This document shows, piece by piece, positions 52,838 to 61,156 of a DNA stretch of 64,000 nucleotides. The DNA comes from Candidatus Micrarchaeota archaeon. Lineage in GTDB: Archaea > Micrarchaeota > Micrarchaeia > Micrarchaeales > CABMGC01. Where the stretch lies: positions 2,702 through 66,701 of the forward strand of contig JAKASF010000001.1 in the NCBI GenBank assembly GCA_021828295.1, read 5' to 3'. The notes below the pieces were generated by a model. That model did not search any database, was not told the DNA's origin, and was given only the letters and a program-made list of their open reading frames with translations. A program made the position numbers and the translations under genes. Position 1 is the first letter of the stretch. Each line of letters opens with the position of its first letter.

Positions 52838-53179
52838 TCAGTAAGACAGCATCGCGCCTATGAACGTGAGCAGAAGCGCAAGAACGCTCCAGTAGAACCA
52901 GCCCGTGCCCCCGCTTATTATCACGAAGGTTATCGCGGCCGTGCTCACGAATCTCCACGCCATGTCCTGCTTCACCTGCGCCTTCCCTGCGATCGTCCCT
53001 ATCCCTGTGAAGAACAGGGTCACAGCGAAGAACAGCGCCACCCCGACTATTATCGGAGCCAAGAACGCCGCCGCGTTCAGCCAGCTTCCGGCCGCAGCGC
53101 CGCCGCCGTACCACGTGAAGAACACGTAGAGGTACACCAAGGAGCCCAAGAAGGTGAGGACCCCGCCGATCTGTGCCAT
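52838..53179 (-). CDS. Small membrane protein (113 aa, about 4 TM)
   Basis: MAQIGGVLTFLGSLVYLYVFF... A TATA-like CTTTAAAGAATA (minus strand, about 53225-53236) lies upstream of the ATG at 53179. The track's GTG at 53278 would give a GTGA overlap with the archease stop and is an alternative start. Confidence 0.55.
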   Translation of the reverse strand: MAQIGGVLTFLGSLVYLYVFFTWYGGGAAAGSWLNAAAFLAPIIVGVALFFAVTLFFTGIGTIAGKAQVKQDMAWRFVSTAAITFVIISGGTGWFYWSVLALLLTFIGAMLSY

Positions 53180-53274
53180 AGAGCTCTTTTTAGCCACAGT
53201 AACACCGATTAGCATACAATGCATATTCTTTAAAGCGTTGCTTACCGTGCCGGGTCCCGCTGGGGCGCAGGCTT

Positions 53275-53715
53275 TCACACGTCTACGGTTACCCTGGCAG
53301 AATAGCCGTTCTTGCCTCTGCTTATTTTCAGGCCGTGCGGGGTCACTCCCTTTACATCGAGCAGCGCCGCGTACCGCTTCGTGCGCTTGTAGAAGATGCA
53401 GCCGTGCAGCACCATGCCCGCCGCGCTCTTGCTTATCATGTTCACCTTGAAGCCGAAAGCGTTCAGCTTCTTCTCGTCGACCTTCGAGACAATCTTCTGG
53501 AGCGCGAACCAGAGCATGTCCTCCTCGTTCGTAGCCCGCTCTGTTATCCTGGCCGTTCTTGCCTTTGCCGCATCCCTCCTTATCTTACCGGCGTCGAACA
53601 TCACTCCAAGCATGGCGAGCGCGGCGTTCTCTAGCAGGCCTTTGAAGCTCCTGCCGTAGGCGATGAACTCCACGTCCGCAGTGTGCGGCATGTACTTGAA
53701 TCTGGCGCGCGCCAT
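53275..53715 (-). CDS. Archease (RtcB tRNA-ligase activator)
   Basis: MARARFKYMPHTADVEFIAYGRSFKGLLENAALAM... carries the PHTAD signature, and the C-terminus is VKGVTPHGLKI. The ATG at 53715 lies 24 nt downstream of the TATA TTATATAAA. Confidence 0.85.
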   Translation of the reverse strand: MARARFKYMPHTADVEFIAYGRSFKGLLENAALAMLGVMFDAGKIRRDAAKARTARITERATNEEDMLWFALQKIVSKVDEKKLNAFGFKVNMISKSAAGMVLHGCIFYKRTKRYAALLDVKGVTPHGLKISRGKNGYSARVTVDV

Positions 53716-53734
53716 GCTCAAGGTTCTCAATATG

Positions 53735-53743
53735 TTTATATAA
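53735..53743. promoter_or_regulatory. TATA box TTTATATAA in divergent spacer (archease / archaeosortase-like gene)
   Basis: Centred 24 nt upstream of the minus-strand ATG at 53715. Confidence 0.45.
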
Positions 53744-53838
53744 TGCTAATTTCCTTATTAGCGTGTCCTGTGAAGAACAGAGTAACTACTGACTCGTGAT
53801 GAAGTCTATATCGGCTGAGGACAAGGTTGAATGATAAG

Positions 53839-55359
53839 ATGCGCTACAACGCCAGGTTCGCGGCCCTGCTCCTCATCGCGGCGACAGTACTCCTTCTGTC
53901 CACTTCGCTCTTCATAACCCAGACGGCGATAAGCGACACCGACCCATCAACGTACGTCATCGTGCCTATACTGATGCTGCCGCTCCTTGTCCTCTTCTCG
54001 ATGAAATCAAAACCAGTTCCCAATGTCGATAAAAGGAGCGCGCTTGTAGGCATTGCCGCATTCGCAGCCTTCATCGCATTGACTCTCGTGCTCAGGGTGT
54101 ACTTCACCTTCTTCTTCATCAGCTTCAGGGCCGATATGCTGCTCATGCCCCTGGCTCTCGCCGCTTCAATCTGCCTGCTGTTCGGGATAAGCAATATCTC
54201 AAAGTTTCGCGTGGCTCTGGTATACTCCCTGCTAGCGTCTCCAATGGTCCTCTACCCGATACTTGTACAGGCTGGCGCGTTCACCCAGGCAAACAGCGCA
54301 CTCGTCTACTCCGTGATAAGACTCTTCATAAGCGGGGTAAGCTATACAGCACCTATCACGATAAGCGCCAACGGTTATAGCATAGGCATAGGCCAGGCGT
54401 GCGTGAGCATAGGCACGTTCATCGCGCTCGCGCTCTTCCTTGTCCCTGTCGCATACCTGTACAACGGCACGGTGAAGAGGAGGGCGCTCTGGGCCGCAAG
54501 CGGCGTAGCGCTGCTCTTCGTCCTCAACCTGGCGAGGATGCTCGGCATCTCGCTGGTCTGGCTGGGCTACGGTCCGAACACAACAGCGGCGCTGATCCAC
54601 ACATTCATAGGTGTGCTTCTCTTCTACATCGACATAGTGGTCATGATCATGATTGCAGGCTTCTTCGGCCTCGCGATAGAGAAGCTCTCGCGCAGCAGGA
54701 GGAAACCGAGAGCTGAGCATGTCTCTCCCTGGCCCGCCGCTGCCGCCTTTGCCTTCTGCGCGGTCTACGTGCTTATCACGCTGAACTACTCTTCGGCATT
54801 CCTAATCTCGCCGATGGCCTTCCAGAACAGCCAGCCGTTCAACTACTCCAATCCTCTCGTGTCGGGCGGCATACAGTCTCTCATAAACAGGGGCAACTTC
54901 ACCAGCCTCGCGGTCGCCACGCCGAACGGCACAAGCGTATTCATAACACTGACCAATGCCTCTATAAGCAGCATCGAGCCCGTGCTGCTCTTCGTGACGG
55001 TTCCAAACAGCAATGTGGTTTCTGGCCTTCAGTCGCACAACATCGTTCTGGGCGAGATGCGCTTCTTCAACGCTCGGGGCGCGGCGGAGACAGAATTCGA
55101 TCTTGTATCGAACAGCACCGAGTTCCTCGTGTACAACACTAACCTCGAGCTTGTGCTATCGAACTCTTCGGAGACAACCGCGTCAGCGTACCTGATAGTG
55201 CCCGCTGCGGACCTGCCCGCGGAGAACCTCACGTGCGGCAGCTACGACCCCGTATACTCGTGGTTGGCCAACCTGCCTTTCTCGTCGAGCCACAACTCTA
55301 CCGTGGAGCAGAAACTGCTCGCGGCGCAGTGCTTCTCCTACAAGCTCCTCTGGGCTTGA
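53839..55359 (+). CDS. Exosortase/archaeosortase-family membrane protein with about 200-aa C-terminal extracytoplasmic domain
   Basis: Polytopic. The candidate catalytic triad is spaced as in archaeosortases: IGQACVSIGTF (Cys), then 45 aa later LNLARMLG (Arg), then ALIHTFIGVLLF (His). The start is ATG 53839 or TTG 53827. Confidence 0.55.
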   Translation: MRYNARFAALLLIAATVLLLSTSLFITQTAISDTDPSTYVIVPILMLPLLVLFSMKSKPVPNVDKRSALVGIAAFAAFIALTLVLRVYFTFFFISFRADMLLMPLALAASICLLFGISNISKFRVALVYSLLASPMVLYPILVQAGAFTQANSALVYSVIRLFISGVSYTAPITISANGYSIGIGQACVSIGTFIALALFLVPVAYLYNGTVKRRALWAASGVALLFVLNLARMLGISLVWLGYGPNTTAALIHTFIGVLLFYIDIVVMIMIAGFFGLAIEKLSRSRRKPRAEHVSPWPAAAAFAFCAVYVLITLNYSSAFLISPMAFQNSQPFNYSNPLVSGGIQSLINRGNFTSLAVATPNGTSVFITLTNASISSIEPVLLFVTVPNSNVVSGLQSHNIVLGEMRFFNARGAAETEFDLVSNSTEFLVYNTNLELVLSNSSETTASAYLIVPAADLPAENLTCGSYDPVYSWLANLPFSSSHNSTVEQKLLAAQCFSYKLLWA

Positions 55360-55398
55360 GGAAAGCAATATAATCTGAAGCATGAAGAGATAAGGAGA

Positions 55399-55473
55399 GG
55401 GCTCGTAGCTTAGCCTGGTTGGAGCGCCCGACTGATAATCGGGAGGTCGAGAGTTCAAATCTCTCCGGGCCCA
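55399..55473 (+). tRNA. tRNA-Ile (anticodon GAT)
   Basis: Hand-folded, 75 nt. Acceptor GGGCTCG/CGGGCCC (one G-U pair). Anticodon arm CCCGA-CTGATAA-TCGGG. T arm GAGAG-TTCAAAT-CTCTC. Confidence 0.9.
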
Positions 55474-55534
55474 CTCATTCAAGCGAAAGAATAAATACCA
55501 GTCAAAAACACTATGCTTTGAGTCGTGATCTCGC

Positions 55535-56260
55535 ATGCCGGGGAGAATAGTAGCAACATGCATGGACCGCAGACTGCCCCAAAAGATAGAGGAGCTGGGC
55601 GGCGGCATACACGTAAGCAATGCAGGCTGCAACATAGCCTCGATGGGAGGCACTATCGCAGAGCTTGTCCGCAGGAATCCTGGCGTAAAGGAGATAGTGG
55701 CACGCGTGCATACCGATTGCGGAGCTATGGGCGCCGTCGACGATGCGAGGAGAGGCAACGAATCGAAATACGGAGAGCGCACAAGGGATACGCTATTCAG
55801 TCAGTTCAAGCTCCTGAAGTGGGCCGACAGGGCAGTGCTTGAAACCGAGGTGAACGCGGAAGTGCAGCTCAAAGCCCTCCAGAAACTGCGTGAGGCTGTG
55901 CTGGAACTCACGGGTAGAAACGTCGGCGTGCGTGTAGAGGTGATAGACACGAGCGCGATAGCCGTTCCCGATATGGATCACGAGAGGTTCGCGCTGCTCG
56001 TCTCGAAGCCGTCCGAGGTTCCGGTTCCAGAGATAATATCCAGAGCGGGACTGGAGCAGTTCGCCACCTACTCCATACAGCTGCTCAGCCTCAACGAGGC
56101 GCTCGGCGATGTGGGGCTCACGATAAACAACATCGGGGTGCACAGGGTTGTGTTCGGGTTCGCCTCCAAAGAGGAGGAAACAGAAGCGAAAGCGAATGCA
56201 AACTCGCTGTTGAAATCTTTTCCTGGAGCGGTCTTTGAGACCGTCGACATAAGCGCCTAG
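55535..56260 (+). CDS. Beta-class carbonic anhydrase-like protein
   Basis: The metal-site pattern ATCMDRR (CxDxR) ... SNAGC ... RVHTDCGAMG (HxxCG) matches beta-CA/CS2-hydrolase-type enzymes. 241 aa. Confidence 0.55.
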   Translation: MPGRIVATCMDRRLPQKIEELGGGIHVSNAGCNIASMGGTIAELVRRNPGVKEIVARVHTDCGAMGAVDDARRGNESKYGERTRDTLFSQFKLLKWADRAVLETEVNAEVQLKALQKLREAVLELTGRNVGVRVEVIDTSAIAVPDMDHERFALLVSKPSEVPVPEIISRAGLEQFATYSIQLLSLNEALGDVGLTINNIGVHRVVFGFASKEEETEAKANANSLLKSFPGAVFETVDISA

Positions 56261-58422
56261 TAGTTAGTCTGCTTCGCAGGTTCGGGACCCTGCGGGGTTT
56301 CGGGCAGGTGTCCATCGTCTTGGGCCTGGCCGTAGGAGCGGGCGGGAGGCCTGCCGAGTATCAGGAAGATTATTATCATGGCTATTACAGCCACGACTAT
56401 GGCTGTCTGAGTAAGAGATCCGTACGGGGATGCTGCGTTGCTGGCCGTAGAGTTAGTGCTGGAGTTGGTGGGTCGTATAGTTATCGCAACGTTGGCAGCC
56501 GTTATGTTGAACGGCGATCCGGTTATCGCGTAGAACGACATGCCTGGGGAGCTGGCTCTGTATAAGTAGGAGGTCGAGTTCGAGGAAACCAACGTGGTCT
56601 TCAACTTTGTCCAGGAGCTGGTGCTGACATTGTACCTGTAGAGCGAGAGGTTTTCAGGACTGACGTTGTTGTTGAGCATCCATGTCCTTGTCACATTGAA
56701 GGTGTAGTTTACGTTCCTTACGTTTGCGTCGCCTATGGTGCTGTTTACAGCGATATAGCCGGCCGCTTTGCCTGGCGGCGCGGGGAGCGTCGCGCCAGCG
56801 GATCCCAGCTGGTTTGCAGACGTATACGATTTGATCGATATCGCGCTTGCGGTGAAGTTGTTCCTTACCGAGAAGTTGACGCTCCTCACAGGAATTCCGG
56901 ATCCGGTCACGTTGACCTTAGTGGCGAATCCGTTCTGCACGTTGCTTATGCTCACAACCGCGGCGCTTTCAGAGCCGTAAGTCGTAACGTTCGCCGGGAC
57001 GTACCTCGTAGTTGTCTTGTTGCCTGCCAGCGTCTGCGCAACGTAGATCTGCTGCGTGGTGGTCTTGTTGACCACGGTCGTGTTCTCAAAAGCTTGCTTT
57101 ATGAGAGGAACTGCAACCCTCTGCACCAGGGGCACCGAGCCCAGAGTTTGTGGGCTGGACGCCGCTGTCTTGATTGCGCTTATGTTCACTACCACAGTTG
57201 ATGAGTTGCCTGCAGCTACCCACTTCGCTACGTAGGTCGAGTTGCCGCGCTCGGTTATGTTGCTCGTGTTGAGATCTGGGGTATAACCGTGGGGCGTGTA
57301 GTTGACCACAAGCCCGCGCAGCAGAATAGCGTTCTGGGCTATCGCATTGGCGGTAGTGGAAAGCGTGCCATTACCCACGAAACCCTCTATGGTTCCGTTC
57401 GCGGTAGCGTTACCTGTGGCCGCAGAGCAGCTTATGCATGCAAGCTTTACCGAGATTCCGTTGACGCTGCTAGCTATTGAGTTTGCAGTGGTCTGTATCT
57501 GGATACCTATGCTGGCCGATACGTTCGCCACTGTTCCCTGCGGCAGCGAGGAGACGAGGGTTGCGTTCCTGATTATCGGCACGTTAGTTGGATACACGGC
57601 GTTGGAAGGATAAGTGATAGCGACAGGGACTACGCACGCGGTGCCGTTGAAGTATTCGCTGCTTGGGCACGCACAGACGTTGGCTGCGGACCTGTAGACG
57701 CTCCCTCCAGAGCAGAGAGGAGTGCCAGTTGCGCATGTGCCACCAAGCTGTGAGTACTCGCCAACCGGGCATCTGCATGAGCCCAGCGCTGAATTGTATA
57801 CCGCCCCTCCTGAGCAGTACGGTGCCACTGTCGTGGTTGCAGAAGTTGTGTGCTGTGCTGTAGAAGAGTTTATTGTGATGGTCGCTTGCAGGCTTGTGGT
57901 CCTCGGCGTTGTCGAGGAATTACCCGCTGTGCTTCGCGGCTGAACCGTGCTAGTGATCACTGTCGTGGTGTTCTTCGCGGACGTTTTGTTGGTCGTGTTG
58001 ATCGAGCTTGCAGCAGCCGTTGTGGTAGCTTGTATAGAAGTGGGGCGCGTGGTGTTTGCTATGGCATTTGCAGTAGTGATTACCGATATCGATAACGTTG
58101 TGGAGGAACTGGTCGTGTTCCTTGTGCTCGTGGTGTTCTTCGTGGTGACCGTGCTGCTGACAGTAACACTCGTCGATATGCTTGTGCTGTTCCTTGTCGT
58201 AGTAGTGCTCTTTGTAGTGGTCGTGTTCCTTGTAGTGGTAGTGATTTTTGTTGTAGTGTTCCTTGTTGTTGTGCTGTTGCCTGTGAGGTTGGCTGCAGGT
58301 AACGCACCGGTCAATATGCTCACCACGAGCAGGCTAGCCAGAAGCAAAAGAGCGGCACGGTTCAAAATCATCGATATGATTGCTATCAGCATTTTTAATA
58401 AAGTGCGCCTTCGCCTTGGCAC
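56257..58422 (-). CDS. Sequon- and Thr-rich surface glycoprotein candidate (721 aa) with C-terminal TM anchor
   Basis: GTG start immediately after the upstream stop. N-terminus MPRRRRTLLKMLIAIISMILNRAALLLLASLL. A T/N-rich stalk (NTTTKITTTTRNTTTTKSTTTTRNSTS...). Dozens of N-x-S/T sequons. The C-terminus is ...SPYGSLTQTAIVVAVIAMIIIFLILGRPPARS plus a 30-aa tail. Confidence 0.65.
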   Translation of the reverse strand: MPRRRRTLLKMLIAIISMILNRAALLLLASLLVVSILTGALPAANLTGNSTTTRNTTTKITTTTRNTTTTKSTTTTRNSTSISTSVTVSSTVTTKNTTSTRNTTSSSTTLSISVITTANAIANTTRPTSIQATTTAAASSINTTNKTSAKNTTTVITSTVQPRSTAGNSSTTPRTTSLQATITINSSTAQHTTSATTTVAPYCSGGAVYNSALGSCRCPVGEYSQLGGTCATGTPLCSGGSVYRSAANVCACPSSEYFNGTACVVPVAITYPSNAVYPTNVPIIRNATLVSSLPQGTVANVSASIGIQIQTTANSIASSVNGISVKLACISCSAATGNATANGTIEGFVGNGTLSTTANAIAQNAILLRGLVVNYTPHGYTPDLNTSNITERGNSTYVAKWVAAGNSSTVVVNISAIKTAASSPQTLGSVPLVQRVAVPLIKQAFENTTVVNKTTTQQIYVAQTLAGNKTTTRYVPANVTTYGSESAAVVSISNVQNGFATKVNVTGSGIPVRSVNFSVRNNFTASAISIKSYTSANQLGSAGATLPAPPGKAAGYIAVNSTIGDANVRNVNYTFNVTRTWMLNNNVSPENLSLYRYNVSTSSWTKLKTTLVSSNSTSYLYRASSPGMSFYAITGSPFNITAANVAITIRPTNSSTNSTASNAASPYGSLTQTAIVVAVIAMIIIFLILGRPPARSYGQAQDDGHLPETPQGPEPAKQTNY
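58050..58290 (-). repeat. Imperfect tandem repeats encoding Thr/Asn-rich (N-T-T-T-[KR]) stalk
   Basis: The plus strand shows reiterated GTAGTGGT/GTTGTAGTG units. On translation these give TTRNTTTKITTTTRNTTTTKSTTTTRNSTSISTSVTVSSTVTTKNTTSTRNTTSSSTT. Confidence 0.6.
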
Positions 58423-58692
58423 TCAAAAAAGCGCGGCGATGCATATGAGGATTAGCAGATTTACTGCAAGCAGCGCGACCATGTGTTTACCGCTGCCGCT
58501 CGCCTCGTAGGGTTTAATGCGCCATACCAGTGCAATGCTGCCTGCCGCTGCCGCGATCACAGCAACCGATAGGTATTCGGTCGCTTGGAGCAGTACGAGC
58601 GCCGTCGCTCCTGTGCAGATAAGACTCGCAAACAGTACGCACGCTATCGCAGGCCTGTTCTCCATTGTGCCACGCTTGTAGATCTTTCGCAT
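58423..58692 (-). CDS. Small membrane protein (about 80-89 aa, 3 TM)
   Basis: ...MENRPAIACVLFASLICTGATALVLL...VAVIAAAAGSIALVW...MVALLAVNLLILICIAALF. The start is uncertain (58692 or 58665). The stop abuts the start of the next gene. Confidence 0.45.
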   Translation of the reverse strand: MRKIYKRGTMENRPAIACVLFASLICTGATALVLLQATEYLSVAVIAAAAGSIALVWRIKPYEASGSGKHMVALLAVNLLILICIAALF

Positions 58693-58700
58693 GTTGTGCG

Positions 58701-58883
58701 CTATATCACCATGTAGACTAAGATTGCGGAAAAGAAGAGCAGAATGAATCCCAGCATCTGCTTCTGCAGCGTGTCGTTTCTCTTGCCGGCAAGGCGGCAC
58801 GCCATCGCGACGGTAACGTATGCGCTGGATGCAATCGCGCTTGCGTCCAACACCGAGACTACGAAGATGCTCAGCATGTCCAT
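58701..58883 (-). CDS. Small 2-TM membrane protein (60 aa)
   Basis: MDMLSIFVVSVLDASAIASSAYVTVAMACRLAGKRNDTLQKQMLGFILLFFSAILVYMVI. The ATG at 58883 lies 1 nt after the upstream stop (58885). Confidence 0.45.
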   Translation of the reverse strand: MDMLSIFVVSVLDASAIASSAYVTVAMACRLAGKRNDTLQKQMLGFILLFFSAILVYMVI

Positions 58884-58884
58884 T

Positions 58885-59361
58885 CTATACAGCCTCAACA
58901 TCAAGCGCGTATCCCGCCAGATACTGTACGAGCACCCCCGATTCTCTGCCGAAGTAAAGGTGAGCGAGCAGCTCAATCTCGTCTCTGACAAACAGCGTCA
59001 GTCGAGGCTCTGTCCGTGCCGTCGCTGTCTCAAAATGACGCGAAAACCATGCGACTTCGGCAATTCCCAGTTTACGGAATGCATCGATTCTCATGACCTC
59101 TCCGAATTCGTTGCGTTTAAGCAGGCCGGCAACGAGCAGCCTGTCATGCGCCTCGCTCTCAAACATGGCGTCTCTAGTAGTGCAGGCTGCATCGCAGCCT
59201 TCGCTTGCGCCATTGCCCAAACAAACACCTTCACGCGTCTCTGCAGCTATAACCGTTATGCGATCCCTGGTCAGGGCCACGGACCTGGCGACCGCCACAA
59301 AAGCGATGCCTCCGATCACCGGCAGGAACTGCAGTACATAACCATAGATCACGCTGTTCAT
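58885..59361 (-). CDS. N-terminally anchored protein (158 aa), unknown function, locus B
   Basis: ATGA overlap with the upstream gene stop (59358-59361). N-terminal TM VIYGYVLQFLPVIGGIAFVAVA. No recognisable motif. Confidence 0.5.
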   Translation of the reverse strand: MNSVIYGYVLQFLPVIGGIAFVAVARSVALTRDRITVIAAETREGVCLGNGASEGCDAACTTRDAMFESEAHDRLLVAGLLKRNEFGEVMRIDAFRKLGIAEVAWFSRHFETATARTEPRLTLFVRDEIELLAHLYFGRESGVLVQYLAGYALDVEAV

Positions 59362-60041
59362 AGTCTCACTAGCTTGAAGGTGCCTTTTCCAGTGCTCACC
59401 ACCCTATAACCGGCGCTCTCGGCTCCATCGAGCGCCGCCACGACCTCCTTCTTGCCTATTCCCAGCCGTCCAGCAATGCTTCCCACACTGTGGTCAGAGA
59501 AACTGGACAGCACAACGGCTCTCAGCACCACCCTCTTGAGAGTCTCGGCCAGTTTGCTCCGCTCCTCCTTAAGCGACGCGTTCTCGCTGAGCGTCGCCAT
59601 AAGCCTCCGCGAAAGTATCGTGTCAGGGATTGCATCTCTCGTCTGACTTCTGGCGTATTGCATGGTATCGAGCTGCTGCTCCGCGATTGTCATTATCAGA
59701 TACGGGTAAAGGGAGTTCATCTCAACGTCATAGCAGCTTGAGAGGGTGTGCAGCACTCCCAGAAGCCTCAGCATGGCTTCCTGAAGATGGCGCATCGGAG
59801 TATGTTTCGAGTAGATGCTTACTGCAATGCTTTCTTTGTCAAGTTCAAGCAAGAAAAAGTGATCCCTGCCATCCTTCTCTCCTATTACATAAGCAAGCGA
59901 ATTACCGTCGCGTTCCAGCTCCATCGATGGGTAGGGCCTTAGGCATTCCTTGATTCTTGCAAAGCTGGACATGGGCTTTGCCCCCACGCTTATCCTGCTG
60001 AACAGGTAGCTCTTCCTGCCCATGTTTAGTTTGACGCTCAT
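59358..60041 (-). CDS. Coiled-coil protein with C-terminal winged-helix (locus B), homologue of 20768..21502
   Basis: DHFFLLELDKESIAVSIYS aligns with KPFLFYIIDIGSSSLKLTYS. A central coiled coil is present (LSENASLKEERSKLAETLKR). The C-terminus VGSIAGRLGIGKKEVVAALDGAESAGYRVV is wHTH-like. There is an ATGA overlap with the ATPase stop. Confidence 0.6.
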   Translation of the reverse strand: MSVKLNMGRKSYLFSRISVGAKPMSSFARIKECLRPYPSMELERDGNSLAYVIGEKDGRDHFFLLELDKESIAVSIYSKHTPMRHLQEAMLRLLGVLHTLSSCYDVEMNSLYPYLIMTIAEQQLDTMQYARSQTRDAIPDTILSRRLMATLSENASLKEERSKLAETLKRVVLRAVVLSSFSDHSVGSIAGRLGIGKKEVVAALDGAESAGYRVVSTGKGTFKLVRL

Positions 60042-61156
60042 TCATTCAACCGTTGAGATGCCACTGCGGCCGCGAAGGAGTCAGCCAGCTCGTCCTCGCC
60101 TATTCCAAGTTTCCTAAGCGCGGCGAGAAGTCTTCTACGGTTTGCCCCCCTGCCGAGAAGGAACACTATCAGCGCCGAAAGGTCGACATAGCCGTTCCTC
60201 TCTCCCGCGCGCAATGCCTCCTGCGCGTCACCCTCGCTGCATGCCTCGCATACCGCCTCTTCAAGTTTAGATCTGGCTATCTCGTGTCTCGTCGCACCAC
60301 CCGCGTTTAACCTAACAATGTCATCGAGCATAATCCCATGCACGTTCTTGATTAGGCAGAACTCCCTCTTCCCAGAGACGAGCGTCTGCAGAGCGGCGCA
60401 GCTTCCAACTCCCAATCCCTGTATCGTTTCAATCTGCCCGCTCCTCAGTCCGTAGTTTGCCGCGAGCCTGCTTAGTCCCTGCCTGTTCTGAAGCCTGAAG
60501 ATGAAGAGCGTTGCTGCGTTTGACAGCATTGCTAGGTCTACGTCCTCGACGAGCTGCGAGGAGAAGATCAGGCCGTAGCCGTACTTCCTGCCCTCGCGGA
60601 GCAGGGTCTGCAACGCCTTGCTGCGCTCCAGAAGCTTCCACGCCTCGTCCAACATGATATAGACGCGCTTTCCGTTCGCTGCGCGCATGCGCATTCCCTC
60701 TATCATACTGGTGAGGACATCATCGGCTATGGAGGCTCGGATCCGCTGGTTTCCGGAGTCTGCAAGGTTGATATAGACTATCCCAGAAACCTTTTTTGCT
60801 AACAACGAATCCGCCAATTTCGGGTCGGCCCGTTCCTCTCCCGCCTGATCTACAAGGGCTTTGTACTCCCCGGTGAAATCTACCAGGACGATCGTCGCTC
60901 CCGCTATCTGGGCGAGCTTGAGCATAAGGCTGCGCATGAGATAGGTTTTTCCGCTGCCAGTTATCCCGCATACAAACACATGTGGGTTTACTGCGTTGTT
61001 GAGGTCAAGGAAGTAAGGGAGGCCTCTCGTCCCGCCTATCAGCACCCCGCTTCTTGCAGATTCTATTGCACGCGCTGTCCCCTGTGCGCCAGTGTCCGGG
61101 AATCTGATTAGGTCTGCGGCATACGAGACCTTTGCAAATCCGCCATCGGCTCTCAT
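60038..61156 (-). CDS. VirB4/TrbE/CedB-like P-loop ATPase (FtsK-HerA superfamily), locus B, compact 372-aa form
   Basis: Walker A VFVCGITGSGKTYLMR. IVLVDFTGEY. Walker B RVYIMLDEAWKLLE. LIFSSQLVED. The ATG at 61156 forms an ATGA overlap with the upstream stop. The track's version (to 61324) would overlap the upstream gene by 170 nt. Confidence 0.8.
   Translation of the reverse strand: MRADGGFAKVSYAADLIRFPDTGAQGTARAIESARSGVLIGGTRGLPYFLDLNNAVNPHVFVCGITGSGKTYLMRSLMLKLAQIAGATIVLVDFTGEYKALVDQAGEERADPKLADSLLAKKVSGIVYINLADSGNQRIRASIADDVLTSMIEGMRMRAANGKRVYIMLDEAWKLLERSKALQTLLREGRKYGYGLIFSSQLVEDVDLAMLSNAATLFIFRLQNRQGLSRLAANYGLRSGQIETIQGLGVGSCAALQTLVSGKREFCLIKNVHGIMLDDIVRLNAGGATRHEIARSKLEEAVCEACSEGDAQEALRAGERNGYVDLSALIVFLLGRGANRRRLLAALRKLGIGEDELADSFAAAVASQRLNE

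Noticed and set aside
58744-59409. 221-aa plus-strand ORF opposite the small locus B genes
   Set aside because: The minus-strand genes here show tight start/stop coupling (an ATGA at 59358-59361 and a 1-nt gap at 58884) and sensible TM segments. The plus-strand ORF has no motif and would be the only plus-strand gene within a 7-kb minus-strand operon. Confidence in the small minus-strand genes remains moderate.
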